A DNA stretch of 35,126 nt, taken from the IMG/VR virus record IMGVR_UViG_3300048851_000076, positions 1 to 35,126 of that record. The stretch is one strand, 5' to 3'. Under the pieces are notes generated by a model. That model worked only from the letters and a program-made list of their open reading frames with translations, searched no databases and was not told the origin of the DNA. The translations under genes and the position numbers were made by a program. Shown here piece after piece: positions 26,823-35,043 of the stretch (position 1 is its first letter; each line of letters begins with the position of its first letter). Source of the stretch: a virus. Taxonomy: Duplodnaviria > Caudoviricetes.

Positions 26823-28559
26823 TTATCTCTCTTCCGAGCCAAGGGTTTTGAAACTGTCCGGCACCGCTTCAAAGCGCCGATCAGCACCGACGAACTGAAG
26901 CGTCACCGAACCCGGTCGACCGCACATCGGCTGCCGGCGGATTTTCTTCGAAATGACAAAGGTGACCTCCTCCTCGTAATCGCGATAGACCACGATCCCG
27001 GCATCGGCTTTGTTGCGCCAATGGGCACTACCGGCGAGATCGTAAAGCCCGGGAACCGGCTCCTTGCCTTCACCGTGGGCCTTCAGCTTCGTCGGGTGGA
27101 TGATCATCCAGATCGTGCAGCCGTGGAGTTTCGCGAACAGCTTGCACTTCGAGATGAGCTGCGAAATGAACTCGGTCTCGGTAAGCTTGTCGGGACGAGA
27201 CGCCTCGATTTCGTTGTACGGATCGATCACCAGGTTCGTCACGCCATAGCGCAGGACGGCGGCCCGACCACGCTCCAATAGCCAATCGATCGACGGCGTA
27301 TGATCCACCGCGCCGAGCAGGAATATCCGCTCGTTTAGCCAGGCCATTGCCGTCATCATTTCCGCCTCGGACATTCGAGGAGTGGGCCCGTCGAAGAACG
27401 GCTGCCCAAACCAGATCTCGCAGAGATCGGCGATATGGTTCGCCTCCCCCGTCTCGGGTGAGAAGAAGCCCCACTTTTCGTTGCGCAGCCTCGCAGTCTG
27501 GACCGCGACCTGATCGACCCAGCGCGACTTGCCGTGGTTCGGAATGCCCGTCACCGCAATGAATTGGCCGGGGATATATCTGAACGCCTTGTCCATCTCG
27601 GGGAAGCCGGTAGACAGTGGCTTCGGTCCATTTCCGTTGTAGAGATCGTGCACATCGATCGCGAAATCTTCGATGTCATGGAGGCCTTCGATCGGCCAAG
27701 GCTCGGCGTTCTCGACGCAGCTCCGCAGAGCCTCTCGCCCAAGCTGGACAAGGCAGTCATTGGCGTCCTTGCAGCCGGCAGGCATCTTCACCCGGTAGCT
27801 GCGGTCCTTGCCGACACGGCGCGCTATCTCCTGTGCCAGCGCCTCGCCAGGGGCGTCCATGTCTGAGGCGATCAGTACACGCCGGACCTTCAGGATCAGC
27901 TCCCAATGGGTTCCGAAGGGTTCATACCGCTTTTCGCTTGTCTCGGGTCCGGAGGGCGCGCCGTTCGGCAGCGACACGATGTGATGAAAGCCCGCTTCAG
28001 CCATTGACATGACATCGATCTCGCCTTCGCAGAGAATCAAATCCTCGCCGGCACCGATGGTGTCCGCATTGAAGAAAACCGGCTCAGGGTCCTTCTCCTG
28101 CCGAAACATCTTGTTCGCCGTGCGGTACTTCACGTTGCGCAGCTCGCCGTCCCACTCATACGGGAACGCGATGCAATCCTCTTCCTTCTCGCTTTGCGGA
28201 AACCACTGCCGGCTTCTGTAGACGCCAAACCTCGTAACCGTGTCGCGCGAAATCCCCCGCTTCTCGAACCAGGCGTGCAGGGTGTCGGGCCGCTGCGGTG
28301 CCGGATCGCGCTGCGGCTTTCGATAGGTCCGACGCTCGCGGACCGGCCGGTATTCCTGTCCGCCGGCACCGCCAGTGAAGTTGCAGTGGTGGCAGTTCCA
28401 GACTGCGCTTCCATCCGTCTTGACCGTCACCGACAGGCAGGGATCGTTCTTCTTCCGCCTCGACGATGAGCAGTTCGGGCATAGCGTCTTGTGGTTTCCC
28501 GGCTTTGCGTCACGCAGCCGGATATGATGTTCAGCAAGGGCGGCGAAGGTGTCGGTCAT
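26823..28559 (-). CDS. T7 gp4/Twinkle-like primase-helicase
   Basis: Zn finger CPNC...CHHC; TOPRIM CEGEIDVMS, DMD, KDAND; SF4 helicase TGIPNHGKS, VIDPYN, IIHPTK, GSAHWRNKAD. Confidence 0.9.
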   Translation of the reverse strand: MTDTFAALAEHHIRLRDAKPGNHKTLCPNCSSSRRKKNDPCLSVTVKTDGSAVWNCHHCNFTGGAGGQEYRPVRERRTYRKPQRDPAPQRPDTLHAWFEKRGISRDTVTRFGVYRSRQWFPQSEKEEDCIAFPYEWDGELRNVKYRTANKMFRQEKDPEPVFFNADTIGAGEDLILCEGEIDVMSMAEAGFHHIVSLPNGAPSGPETSEKRYEPFGTHWELILKVRRVLIASDMDAPGEALAQEIARRVGKDRSYRVKMPAGCKDANDCLVQLGREALRSCVENAEPWPIEGLHDIEDFAIDVHDLYNGNGPKPLSTGFPEMDKAFRYIPGQFIAVTGIPNHGKSRWVDQVAVQTARLRNEKWGFFSPETGEANHIADLCEIWFGQPFFDGPTPRMSEAEMMTAMAWLNERIFLLGAVDHTPSIDWLLERGRAAVLRYGVTNLVIDPYNEIEASRPDKLTETEFISQLISKCKLFAKLHGCTIWMIIHPTKLKAHGEGKEPVPGLYDLAGSAHWRNKADAGIVVYRDYEEEVTFVISKKIRRQPMCGRPGSVTLQFVGADRRFEAVPDSFKTLGSEER

Positions 28560-28561
28560 GG

Positions 28562-29290
28562 TCACATCCGCCCGAAGAGGCGCGCCTTCTCGGTCGCCGC
28601 CGTCTTGACCCTCGGAACCGGGCCGTCGATCTTGTCGCTGTACCAGTTTCGCCAGGTCGCCAGCCAATCGAGCTTCGCGCCGCTCCTCGTCGACAGGGAC
28701 CAGTTTTTCATCCGCTCGGCTTCCGACAAGGCGGTGGCCCGTGGCATGCCTTTTCCGACCGCCTCTTCGATCCATTCGGGTGGAGGGGTCCAGTCAGAAG
28801 CAAGGCGATAAGCGCGCTTTTTGGAAGAACCGGTAGGTTCTTCTTTTACTTCTAGGTTGCTGGTTGGTGGTTGGTGGTTGGTGGTTAGGTTTGACGGAAA
28901 AGAACCCGCAGCTTTCTCGGCAGGTTGATTTTCCGTGATTTTTCCGTTCGGTCGGCCGCCCTTTGAACCACGTTCGGACGCACTTTGGATGCGGTTCAGA
29001 GACTTTTCGACTTCACTTTGAGCACGGTTCTGGCACAGTTTACCGTCACTTTGGACACGGATCTTGCCCTTGTCGACCAGCCTTTGAACTACCCTTTTGA
29101 TGTCTGCCGGACGCACGCCGCATAGCATCGAGAGCCGCCGCGGGTTGTTTTCGATCGGCCCGCCCTCAGACATGATCAAGGCGCAGACCATCCAGTAGAC
29201 CCCCTGCTCCTCAGCGTTGAGAGAGCCGGCGACACCGGCGATGTATTCGTCAAAATAGAAGTCGACATGCCGCGCCTTCCCTCTGGTCAT
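28562..29290 (-). CDS. YdaU/DUF1376-like replication initiator
   Basis: FYFDEYIAGVAGSLNAEEQGVY; GSKGGRP motif; C-terminal DWLATWRNW. Confidence 0.8.
   Translation of the reverse strand: MTRGKARHVDFYFDEYIAGVAGSLNAEEQGVYWMVCALIMSEGGPIENNPRRLSMLCGVRPADIKRVVQRLVDKGKIRVQSDGKLCQNRAQSEVEKSLNRIQSASERGSKGGRPNGKITENQPAEKAAGSFPSNLTTNHQPPTSNLEVKEEPTGSSKKRAYRLASDWTPPPEWIEEAVGKGMPRATALSEAERMKNWSLSTRSGAKLDWLATWRNWYSDKIDGPVPRVKTAATEKARLFGRM
28861..28888. repeat. 7-bp tandem repeat (TGGTTGG)x3 + TGGTTAG
   Basis: Read directly; lies in the initiator linker region. Confidence 0.85.
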
Positions 29291-29511
29291 GCACGTGTTC
29301 CTGGCGCTCGAGTCTTGTGAACAGGGAAGATCTTGACGTTGGGACCAGACAACCGACGAGCACGCTCTTCTTCCGGCTTCCCGACATTCTGAAAATCGAT
29401 CCACGCCTGGCGCGCGGCGAGACCGTCTTTCAGCAGCGAGGTGGCCGTCCGCTTCAGCGCGGCATATCGTTCCCACGCTTGGCATAGCTGATCGTAAAGT
29501 TCGTCGATCAT
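29287..29511 (-). CDS. Hypothetical early protein
   Basis: 4-bp overlaps with both neighbours. Confidence 0.7.
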   Translation of the reverse strand: MIDELYDQLCQAWERYAALKRTATSLLKDGLAARQAWIDFQNVGKPEEERARRLSGPNVKIFPVHKTRAPGTRA

Positions 29512-29723
29512 GCCGGCACCTTACGAGCTGCAGCAGCAAGGGTGGCGAGGTTGACACCCGGAATGCAGCGCCGATTGGCAGCTTCAATGATGGCGTACCA
29601 GTATTTCGCAGGCACGCTGTTTCGGGCGGCCATGTTCGTAACCGCAGCTTGTTTTGCCCCGATGTCTTCGGCGAACGCCTTGCGAGAGGGCCAGAGGTCC
29701 ATGATTTCAGCAAAAGTAACCAT
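29508..29723 (-). CDS. Cro-like HTH regulator
   Basis: 71 aa, divergent from CI; WPSRKAFAEDIG...RNSVPAKYW. Confidence 0.8.
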   Translation of the reverse strand: MVTFAEIMDLWPSRKAFAEDIGAKQAAVTNMAARNSVPAKYWYAIIEAANRRCIPGVNLATLAAAARKVPA

Positions 29724-29731
29724 GTCGCAAT

Positions 29732-29813
29732 TCTACAAAACGTAGAGATAAATTCAATACCTTTTGTGAATTGCCCCGTGGTATCTGTAGGTAACGGCAC
29801 ATACCAAAGGAAT
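29732..29813. promoter_or_regulatory. OR-like operator array
   Basis: TCTAC-AAAAC-GTAGA (29732-29746), AATAC-CTTTT-GTGAA (29756-29770), ATAC-CAAAG-GAAT (29801-29813). Confidence 0.6.
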
Positions 29814-29818
29814 TTCAA

Positions 29819-30490
29819 GTGAATGAACCTCACGCCCGCCTTAGACAGGCTCGCCTATCTGCCGGCTTTTCGAGTGCTCGGGACGCCGCCGAAACTTTCG
29901 GGTGGACCTATCCCACGTACGCGTCGCATGAAAACGGAATACGTGGCATGCGCCTAGATGCGATGCGAAAATATGCCCGTGCGTTCAAGGTCGACTTTAG
30001 GTGGCTGGCCACCGGAGTGACCGAAAATGGCAATGATAGCCGCGACGATGGCGTTTTCGAACTTACGACCGTACCTGTGGTCGGAAAGGCATCGGCAGGA
30101 GTATGGCTTGAAATAGAGGGGCTTGCTTATGATGACTCCGAATTAATTCCCGCAGTTCCATATCCTGCCTACCCCTACGCCAAACAAGTAGCGTTCAAGG
30201 TTGAAGGGCCTAGCATGAACAAGGTCCTTCCTGACGGATGCTATGCCGTGGGCATGACGATCGAGACATCCCGAGCGCCAAGACACAATGATATCGTCGC
30301 CGTGCATCGGGTTAGAGGCGGGCTTTTGGAGCGCACCATCAAGCGTTTTCGGAGCGAAAACGGCGCCGCGCAATTATTTCCTGAGAGCACCGATCCTCGC
30401 TTCCAGTCGGCTATTGTATTGGAATCTCATGAAGAAGACATCGAAGTGTCAATCATCGCGATAATCATTGGCATGTATCAACCGCTTTGA
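29819..30490 (+). CDS. CI/LexA-like repressor (HTH + S24 peptidase)
   Basis: N-terminal HTH; Ala-Gly cleavage site (ASAG); catalytic Ser (GPSM) and Lys (TIKRF). Confidence 0.92.
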   Translation: MNEPHARLRQARLSAGFSSARDAAETFGWTYPTYASHENGIRGMRLDAMRKYARAFKVDFRWLATGVTENGNDSRDDGVFELTTVPVVGKASAGVWLEIEGLAYDDSELIPAVPYPAYPYAKQVAFKVEGPSMNKVLPDGCYAVGMTIETSRAPRHNDIVAVHRVRGGLLERTIKRFRSENGAAQLFPESTDPRFQSAIVLESHEEDIEVSIIAIIIGMYQPL

Positions 30491-30492
30491 TT

Positions 30493-30533
30493 TATACAAA
30501 AAGTATTGACTAGATTCCGGCGCGGTGTATTTT
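30493..30533 (+). promoter_or_regulatory. OL/PL-like operator-promoter
   Basis: ATAC-AAAAA-GTAT palindrome overlapping TTGACT-N16-TATTTT. Confidence 0.6.
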
Positions 30534-30554
30534 TGGCTTCGCAATGGAGCCAGA

Positions 30555-30775
30555 ATGAACTTCCACCCCCACCCATTCGAGCCGACCGCCTGGGCTCCGA
30601 AGGCATCGCGACAGCCCTTGGAAGGTTACACCGTTCCCTCTCTCGATAGCGCGGGCGGCGGCTTGGGCGACCCTGATGGCTATGCTGTCTCAGCCGCAGC
30701 TCTGGCGGCCAAGGCATCTGCAGAGAATGCGCTACGGGATCCTTTCGGTAAAGGAGCCCTCCTGATGGATCAGTC
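30555..30775 (+). pseudogene. First gene of the PL-like operon, apparently interrupted
   Basis: GGAG RBS + ATG 30555; after about 70 codons the frame only continues antisense through the RHH gene. Confidence 0.4.
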
Positions 30776-31312
30776 TCTGTCCATCTCGTCTTCCAGACGT
30801 ACCAATTTCCCCTTTGTGAAGGTCTCGATGACCCTCGCCACGAAGGCCTTCGGGTCGGTCTCATCAAACCCGGCTCTGAGTGCGTCGAGGTTTTCTTTCA
30901 GTTCGGCAGACTTCAGACCTATTTTCTCAAGATCTGCTGACAGGAGCTCCGCCGTCGTGTGTTGTTTCGCTCCCAAAAGGAGCATCATCTGGAGTGATGC
31001 GGAGTATAATCGGTCGATTACCATCGCGGCCTCGTCTGTAGCAATGATCCCGCCAGCTTTACTTGCACGCTTCGGCATCAAGCCAAGGACGTCTGGTATA
31101 ACTGCAAAAAGCCGACGAAGCGCGTCATTGAGCCCGACATCACGAGTCTCATGGTCCATGCCAATTTGGCACAGGCGCCTGATAGCCTCGCCCCGCGATC
31201 TCAGGCGGTTTTTGAACATCCAGTCGTCGATGGCCTGGAGCTCCGCTTCCGTCATCATGATCGGAATGCGTTGGTCCTTGAGTTCACTATTGGGTTTTTT
31301 CGGTCTTGCCAT
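30770..31312 (-). CDS. Ribbon-helix-helix (CopG/Arc-like) regulator with C-terminal domain
   Basis: QRIPIMMTEAELQAIDDW....RSRGEAIRRL. Confidence 0.8.
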   Translation of the reverse strand: MARPKKPNSELKDQRIPIMMTEAELQAIDDWMFKNRLRSRGEAIRRLCQIGMDHETRDVGLNDALRRLFAVIPDVLGLMPKRASKAGGIIATDEAAMVIDRLYSASLQMMLLLGAKQHTTAELLSADLEKIGLKSAELKENLDALRAGFDETDPKAFVARVIETFTKGKLVRLEDEMDRD

Positions 31313-31333
31313 GGCCGCGAGTTTATACACGAC

Positions 31334-31406
31334 TTATTATGTTGCACAAGAAAGCAGTTGACCAAGTTGTTCGTTAAGGTTACCGTTTTCTTGTGCAACA
31401 TAATAA
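31334..31406. promoter_or_regulatory. Perfect 20-bp inverted repeats enclosing a sigma70-type promoter
   Basis: TTATTATGTTGCACAAGAAA (31334-31353) / TTTCTTGTGCAACATAATAA (31387-31406); TTGACC-N17-TACCGT at 31358-31386. Confidence 0.8.
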
Positions 31407-31410
31407 CTTT

Positions 31411-31599
31411 ATGGTTAAGGAGCACGACGTGGATAATGAGCCAAAAGAGCAGCGAGTGCCGCTGATGATGGAAGCAAGCTTACTGGATCAGGTCGACGAT
31501 TACAGGCTCACCAAAAAGATCTGGTCGAGATCGGAAGCCATACGCAATCTCATCAGGGAGGGACTGCAAAAGGAAATGCCAGCGCAGACCGGAGAGTAG
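31411..31599 (+). CDS. Small ribbon-helix-helix regulator
   Basis: QRVPLMMEASLLDQVDDY....WSRSEAIRNL. Start ATG 31411, or GTG 31429 (AAGGAG RBS). Confidence 0.8.
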   Translation: MVKEHDVDNEPKEQRVPLMMEASLLDQVDDYRLTKKIWSRSEAIRNLIREGLQKEMPAQTGE

Positions 31600-31641
31600 C
31601 AGCAGACGGGGATTGAGTTTGGCGACCGTCCCCGCCGCTGC
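31599..31641 (+). promoter_or_regulatory. Intergenic hairpin (attenuator / RNA element candidate)
   Basis: GCAGCAGACGGGGA...TCCCCGCCGCTGC with loop containing GTTTGGCGACC. Confidence 0.45.
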
Positions 31642-31672
31642 CTAACGCTAACAAACAGAAAGGAACTGCCTG

Positions 31673-32014
31673 ATGAGCAATCATCCGGATAGCACAACTG
31701 TGCCTAAAAGCATAGGCGAACTGAGTGAGAACATTGTTTCCAAGCTTGCCAAAGCCCGAGTGACTAACGAGAAGGTCGCGGACGCGCTACGCTCACTTGA
31801 CAGGGATGTCTGCGAACTGATGTTCATGGCCGACATCGCGGTCGGCGCTTGGGACGATATTGGTCCGCCCGCTACCTTTGATGCCAACAGCGTCACCTAT
31901 CGCGTTGCACGAGACGAGCGCGATCGTTTCGACTTCATTCTGAACAATGTCGCAGAACGGGCAGCGCTGCTGAAGAAGCGCTTCGTCGCCGCCTCCTACG
32001 GGGAGACGGTCTGA
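31673..32014 (+). CDS. Hypothetical protein
   Basis: AAGGA RBS; coupled to the next gene. Confidence 0.7.
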   Translation: MSNHPDSTTVPKSIGELSENIVSKLAKARVTNEKVADALRSLDRDVCELMFMADIAVGAWDDIGPPATFDANSVTYRVARDERDRFDFILNNVAERAALLKKRFVAASYGETV

Positions 32015-32367
32015 TGGATATTGTTGAACTGTCGTTCATCGCGAGTCGCGACGGCAAGGTTCTCCCGAAAGCCAAGAAGGACGAGATGGGCCGATGCTTT
32101 TGGCACGTTCGCGCAACTGGCGAATACGGCGCGGACTGTGACCAGGGCAGCAGGCTCGCCCTCGAATACCTCTCTTATGAAGAGAACAAAGGGCCTAACT
32201 CCCCGACCCTTCTCCCTCATATTATCGGCGACATGCCTCGCCCACTTGGTGGAGTCGAAATCGGCTTCCTCACCTTGGTCGGCTTTGCCGCCGAGGCTGG
32301 CGCAAATCGAGCCCGAGGCATTAACGCCTATTGGGATACCTGCCGGGAAAGGGAGCATCTGAAATGA
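32014..32367 (+). CDS. Hypothetical protein (paralog of the N-terminus of 32621-33313)
   Basis: Coupled ORF; FW.V..TG.Y..DC..G..LA motif. Confidence 0.75.
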   Translation: MDIVELSFIASRDGKVLPKAKKDEMGRCFWHVRATGEYGADCDQGSRLALEYLSYEENKGPNSPTLLPHIIGDMPRPLGGVEIGFLTLVGFAAEAGANRARGINAYWDTCREREHLK

Positions 32368-32624
32368 AGCCCGATCTCAAGTTCAATCCAAGCGTTGTTT
32401 TCTACGATCTCGGAGATCTCTGCGAGCTTATGGGCGCGATCTATGATGTCTTGCATGAAATGGACTACGTGAGGCCCGACGGTTCGCGCAACCAGGAACT
32501 GGATCGGGTCGCCGCTCTTCAAAGGATCGCCAAGTCCCGGGTCGAAATGTTGGTCGCGGCTACGTCGGCCTTCGATAGCCCCAAGCAATGGGTCTGCGTG
32601 ACGGACACGGAGGCGAACCGATGA
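32364..32624 (+). CDS. Hypothetical protein
   Basis: ATGA overlaps on both sides; GGAG RBS. Confidence 0.7.
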   Translation: MKPDLKFNPSVVFYDLGDLCELMGAIYDVLHEMDYVRPDGSRNQELDRVAALQRIAKSRVEMLVAATSAFDSPKQWVCVTDTEANR

Positions 32625-33313
32625 AACCTTCCCATCCGGCAAGGACGCTCTCTTTCATGCAACGCAAGCCTGACGGCGAGGGCATCGACTATTGGAACGT
32701 CGGGACGACCGCGAGCTATTCAACCGACTGTGAACGCGGCCGCGGCTTGGCTGACGAATTCGTCCGGTTTCTCGGGGACAACCCAACCTACGGGAATACC
32801 ACCCTCTTGGGCCCGATCGTATTGGATATGATCACTGATCCGCCCGCCAAGGGACTTGTGATAGGGTTCATGGCTGTCATCAATGAATACATCCTGTCCG
32901 TGGCGCGGCTCATGAAGGAGATGGGACCGAAGCCGGCACCGGAATTGGGGACCATGGACGAGGCGCTGGAGCGATACGATGCTGCAGATAAGGCTTATCT
33001 GAAGGCATGGGCGGCCGATCCCCAATCTGAACATGAGGATCTGTGGAATGCGAAGGAACTCGCGGAGGAAGCCGTAATCCGACATCCCTGCCAGGACCAT
33101 GACGACGTATGCAAGAAAGTCCGGCTTATCCTCTCTGATGGAAACATCTACGACAGCATCGATAAATGTCGCATCGGTGAAGAGATGGCTTTGCCCATCT
33201 TCCTACGGTCGCTTCTCGGCACGCCTCCCTCGGCACCCACCACCCCTGTCGATGAGAGCGGGCAGTCCGCCGGGCTCGCCTCTGTGGATAAGTCGAATAG
33301 CGGGGATAACTGA
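32621..33313 (+). CDS. Two-domain hypothetical protein
   Basis: GGAGG RBS; YW.V..T..Y..DC..G..LA motif. Confidence 0.75.
   Translation: MKPSHPARTLSFMQRKPDGEGIDYWNVGTTASYSTDCERGRGLADEFVRFLGDNPTYGNTTLLGPIVLDMITDPPAKGLVIGFMAVINEYILSVARLMKEMGPKPAPELGTMDEALERYDAADKAYLKAWAADPQSEHEDLWNAKELAEEAVIRHPCQDHDDVCKKVRLILSDGNIYDSIDKCRIGEEMALPIFLRSLLGTPPSAPTTPVDESGQSAGLASVDKSNSGDN
33283..33309. promoter_or_regulatory. DnaA-box pair
   Basis: TGTGGATAA (perfect, 33283-33291) and CGGGGATAA (33301-33309). Confidence 0.5.
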
Positions 33314-33316
33314 GTT

Positions 33317-33445
33317 ATGGATCAGTCAAACCCCTTGCACGAGTTCGTCAAGGCCCTCGCACGGCGCCGGGCTCGCCTTGACGCCCTACCGAAGCCTCCG
33401 GCTAATCAGAATGAAAAAGAAGACGAGTCCGCGAGGAAATCATGA
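33317..33445 (+). CDS. 42-aa basic protein coupled to the integrase; candidate recombination directionality factor
   Basis: MDQSNPLHEFVKALARRRARLDALPKPPANQNEKEDESARKS; ATGA overlap with the integrase start. Not in the ORF track. Confidence 0.6.
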   Translation: MDQSNPLHEFVKALARRRARLDALPKPPANQNEKEDESARKS

Positions 33446-35043
33446 AGCGCGCCGTGATCTACGCCAGATATTCGACCGACCTGCAGAACGACAGGTCGGT
33501 CGAAGACCAAATCCGACTTTGCAGGGAGCACGCGATCCGGATCGGGGCGGACGTGGTCGAAGAGTATTCCGACCGGGCGAAGTCCGGCGCATCGATGTTC
33601 GGTCGGCCTGGGCTAGCCTCCGTCATGCAAGCCGCCGAGCGCGGCGACTTCAATCTTCTGATATCTGAGTCCCCGGACCGAATTTCACGCGATATCGCCG
33701 ATCTGGCGCATGTTCATAAGACCCTAAAATTCCGCAGCGTCGATATCAATTGCGTCAACGGCGGCGCGATCGATACCGTCCAGGTGGGCATGTACGGCGT
33801 TATCGGCCAGATGCAGCGCGAGGAGAGCGCCAAGAAGACAAAGCGCGGCATGATAGGGGTCGTGAGATCAGGAAGGAATGCCGGCGGGAAGTGTTACGGC
33901 TACAAACCGGTTCCTGGGCGGCCAGGAGAGCTTTCGATCGTCGAGGAGGAAGCGGCCGTCGTCCGCCGGATCTTCGATCTGTTTGCCTCTGGGATCAGCC
34001 CACGCTCGATCGCAGCCATCCTGAACGAGGAAAGGATCGCCGCGCCGCGCAGCACCCGCTGGAACGCCTCGACGATCAACGGCAACAGCACGCGCGGCTG
34101 CGGCATCATCCGGAACCCGCTCTATGGCGGCAAGCGCGTATGGAACCGCGTGCGCATGGTGAAAGACCCTTCGACGGGCAGGCGCATATCACGGCCGAAC
34201 GATCCGTCGGAATTCGAGACGACGGACGAGCCGGAACTGCAGATCGTGCCGACCGAGCTTTTCAACGCGGTGCAGACCCGCAAGGAAGCGGTTTTCAGGC
34301 AGGGGAAGAAGGGGCCGCGATCCAAGCGGCTCTTATCGGGCTTGCTGCGCTGTGGCGCGTGCGGCGGAGGAATGTCGTTGGTCGGCCCGGACAAGGGCGG
34401 CGCTCGCATCGAGTGCTCGACGCATCGGGAATCAGGGACATGCGACAACAGGAGCCGGTTCTATATCGACCGGATCGAGGAGATGGTTCTCGACATCCTT
34501 CGCCAGCAGTTCGCGGATACCAGCATCGTCGAAATGTATATGGCCGCCTACAAGGAAGAGCTGAAGCACAGCCGCAGCGAAGCCTTCCGGCAGCGGTCCA
34601 CGGCTCAGCAAGCGCTGGACGAGGCAAAGGCGGCGATATCGAAGATCATCGAGAAGATGTCGAAGGATCTGATCGAGGATGACGAGGCGACCGCGCTATT
34701 GAAGCCGCTGCGGGCCGAACGGGATCGGCAGAAGGCAATCATCGAAACGGTCGAGGAGCCGGAGAACGTTATCGAACTGCAGCCGTTGGCCGTTCAGAAG
34801 TTCCGCCAGGACATCGAAGAGCTGGCGCGGATCATCAGGGAAGACGGGCGGGAAGTGTCGCCCAAGCTGGCCACGCCGTTCCGGCAAATGGTGGCCGCGG
34901 TGGTGGTTGAGCCGAGGAAGCCCGGCGACCCCTATCGCATTGCGATTAAGGGCTTTTTATCGAGCCTCATAGGGGGCGACGATCATTCGGTGATTAGACT
35001 GGTAGCGGGAGGCAGAATTGAACTGCCGACCTCAGGGTTATGA
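33442..35043 (+). CDS. Large serine recombinase (integrase)
   Basis: YARYS catalytic motif; DRISR; recombinase domain; Zn ribbon LLSGLLRCGACG...C...C; coiled coil. Confidence 0.95.
   Translation: MKRAVIYARYSTDLQNDRSVEDQIRLCREHAIRIGADVVEEYSDRAKSGASMFGRPGLASVMQAAERGDFNLLISESPDRISRDIADLAHVHKTLKFRSVDINCVNGGAIDTVQVGMYGVIGQMQREESAKKTKRGMIGVVRSGRNAGGKCYGYKPVPGRPGELSIVEEEAAVVRRIFDLFASGISPRSIAAILNEERIAAPRSTRWNASTINGNSTRGCGIIRNPLYGGKRVWNRVRMVKDPSTGRRISRPNDPSEFETTDEPELQIVPTELFNAVQTRKEAVFRQGKKGPRSKRLLSGLLRCGACGGGMSLVGPDKGGARIECSTHRESGTCDNRSRFYIDRIEEMVLDILRQQFADTSIVEMYMAAYKEELKHSRSEAFRQRSTAQQALDEAKAAISKIIEKMSKDLIEDDEATALLKPLRAERDRQKAIIETVEEPENVIELQPLAVQKFRQDIEELARIIREDGREVSPKLATPFRQMVAAVVVEPRKPGDPYRIAIKGFLSSLIGGDDHSVIRLVAGGRIELPTSGL

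Larger units (their letters stand above)
30765..33327. repeat. 11-bp direct repeat ATGGATCAGTC at 30765-30775 and 33317-33327
   Basis: Read directly; the copies coincide with the module boundaries. Confidence 0.75.

Noticed and set aside
28861-28888. Tandem repeat as CRISPR or phase-variable tract
   Set aside because: No spacers; only about four 7-bp units in an intact reading frame; better explained as origin/linker.
30525-31361. 278-aa + strand ORF as a full-length gene
   Set aside because: Beyond about 30770 it is antisense to a clear RHH gene; only the 5' part has expression signals.
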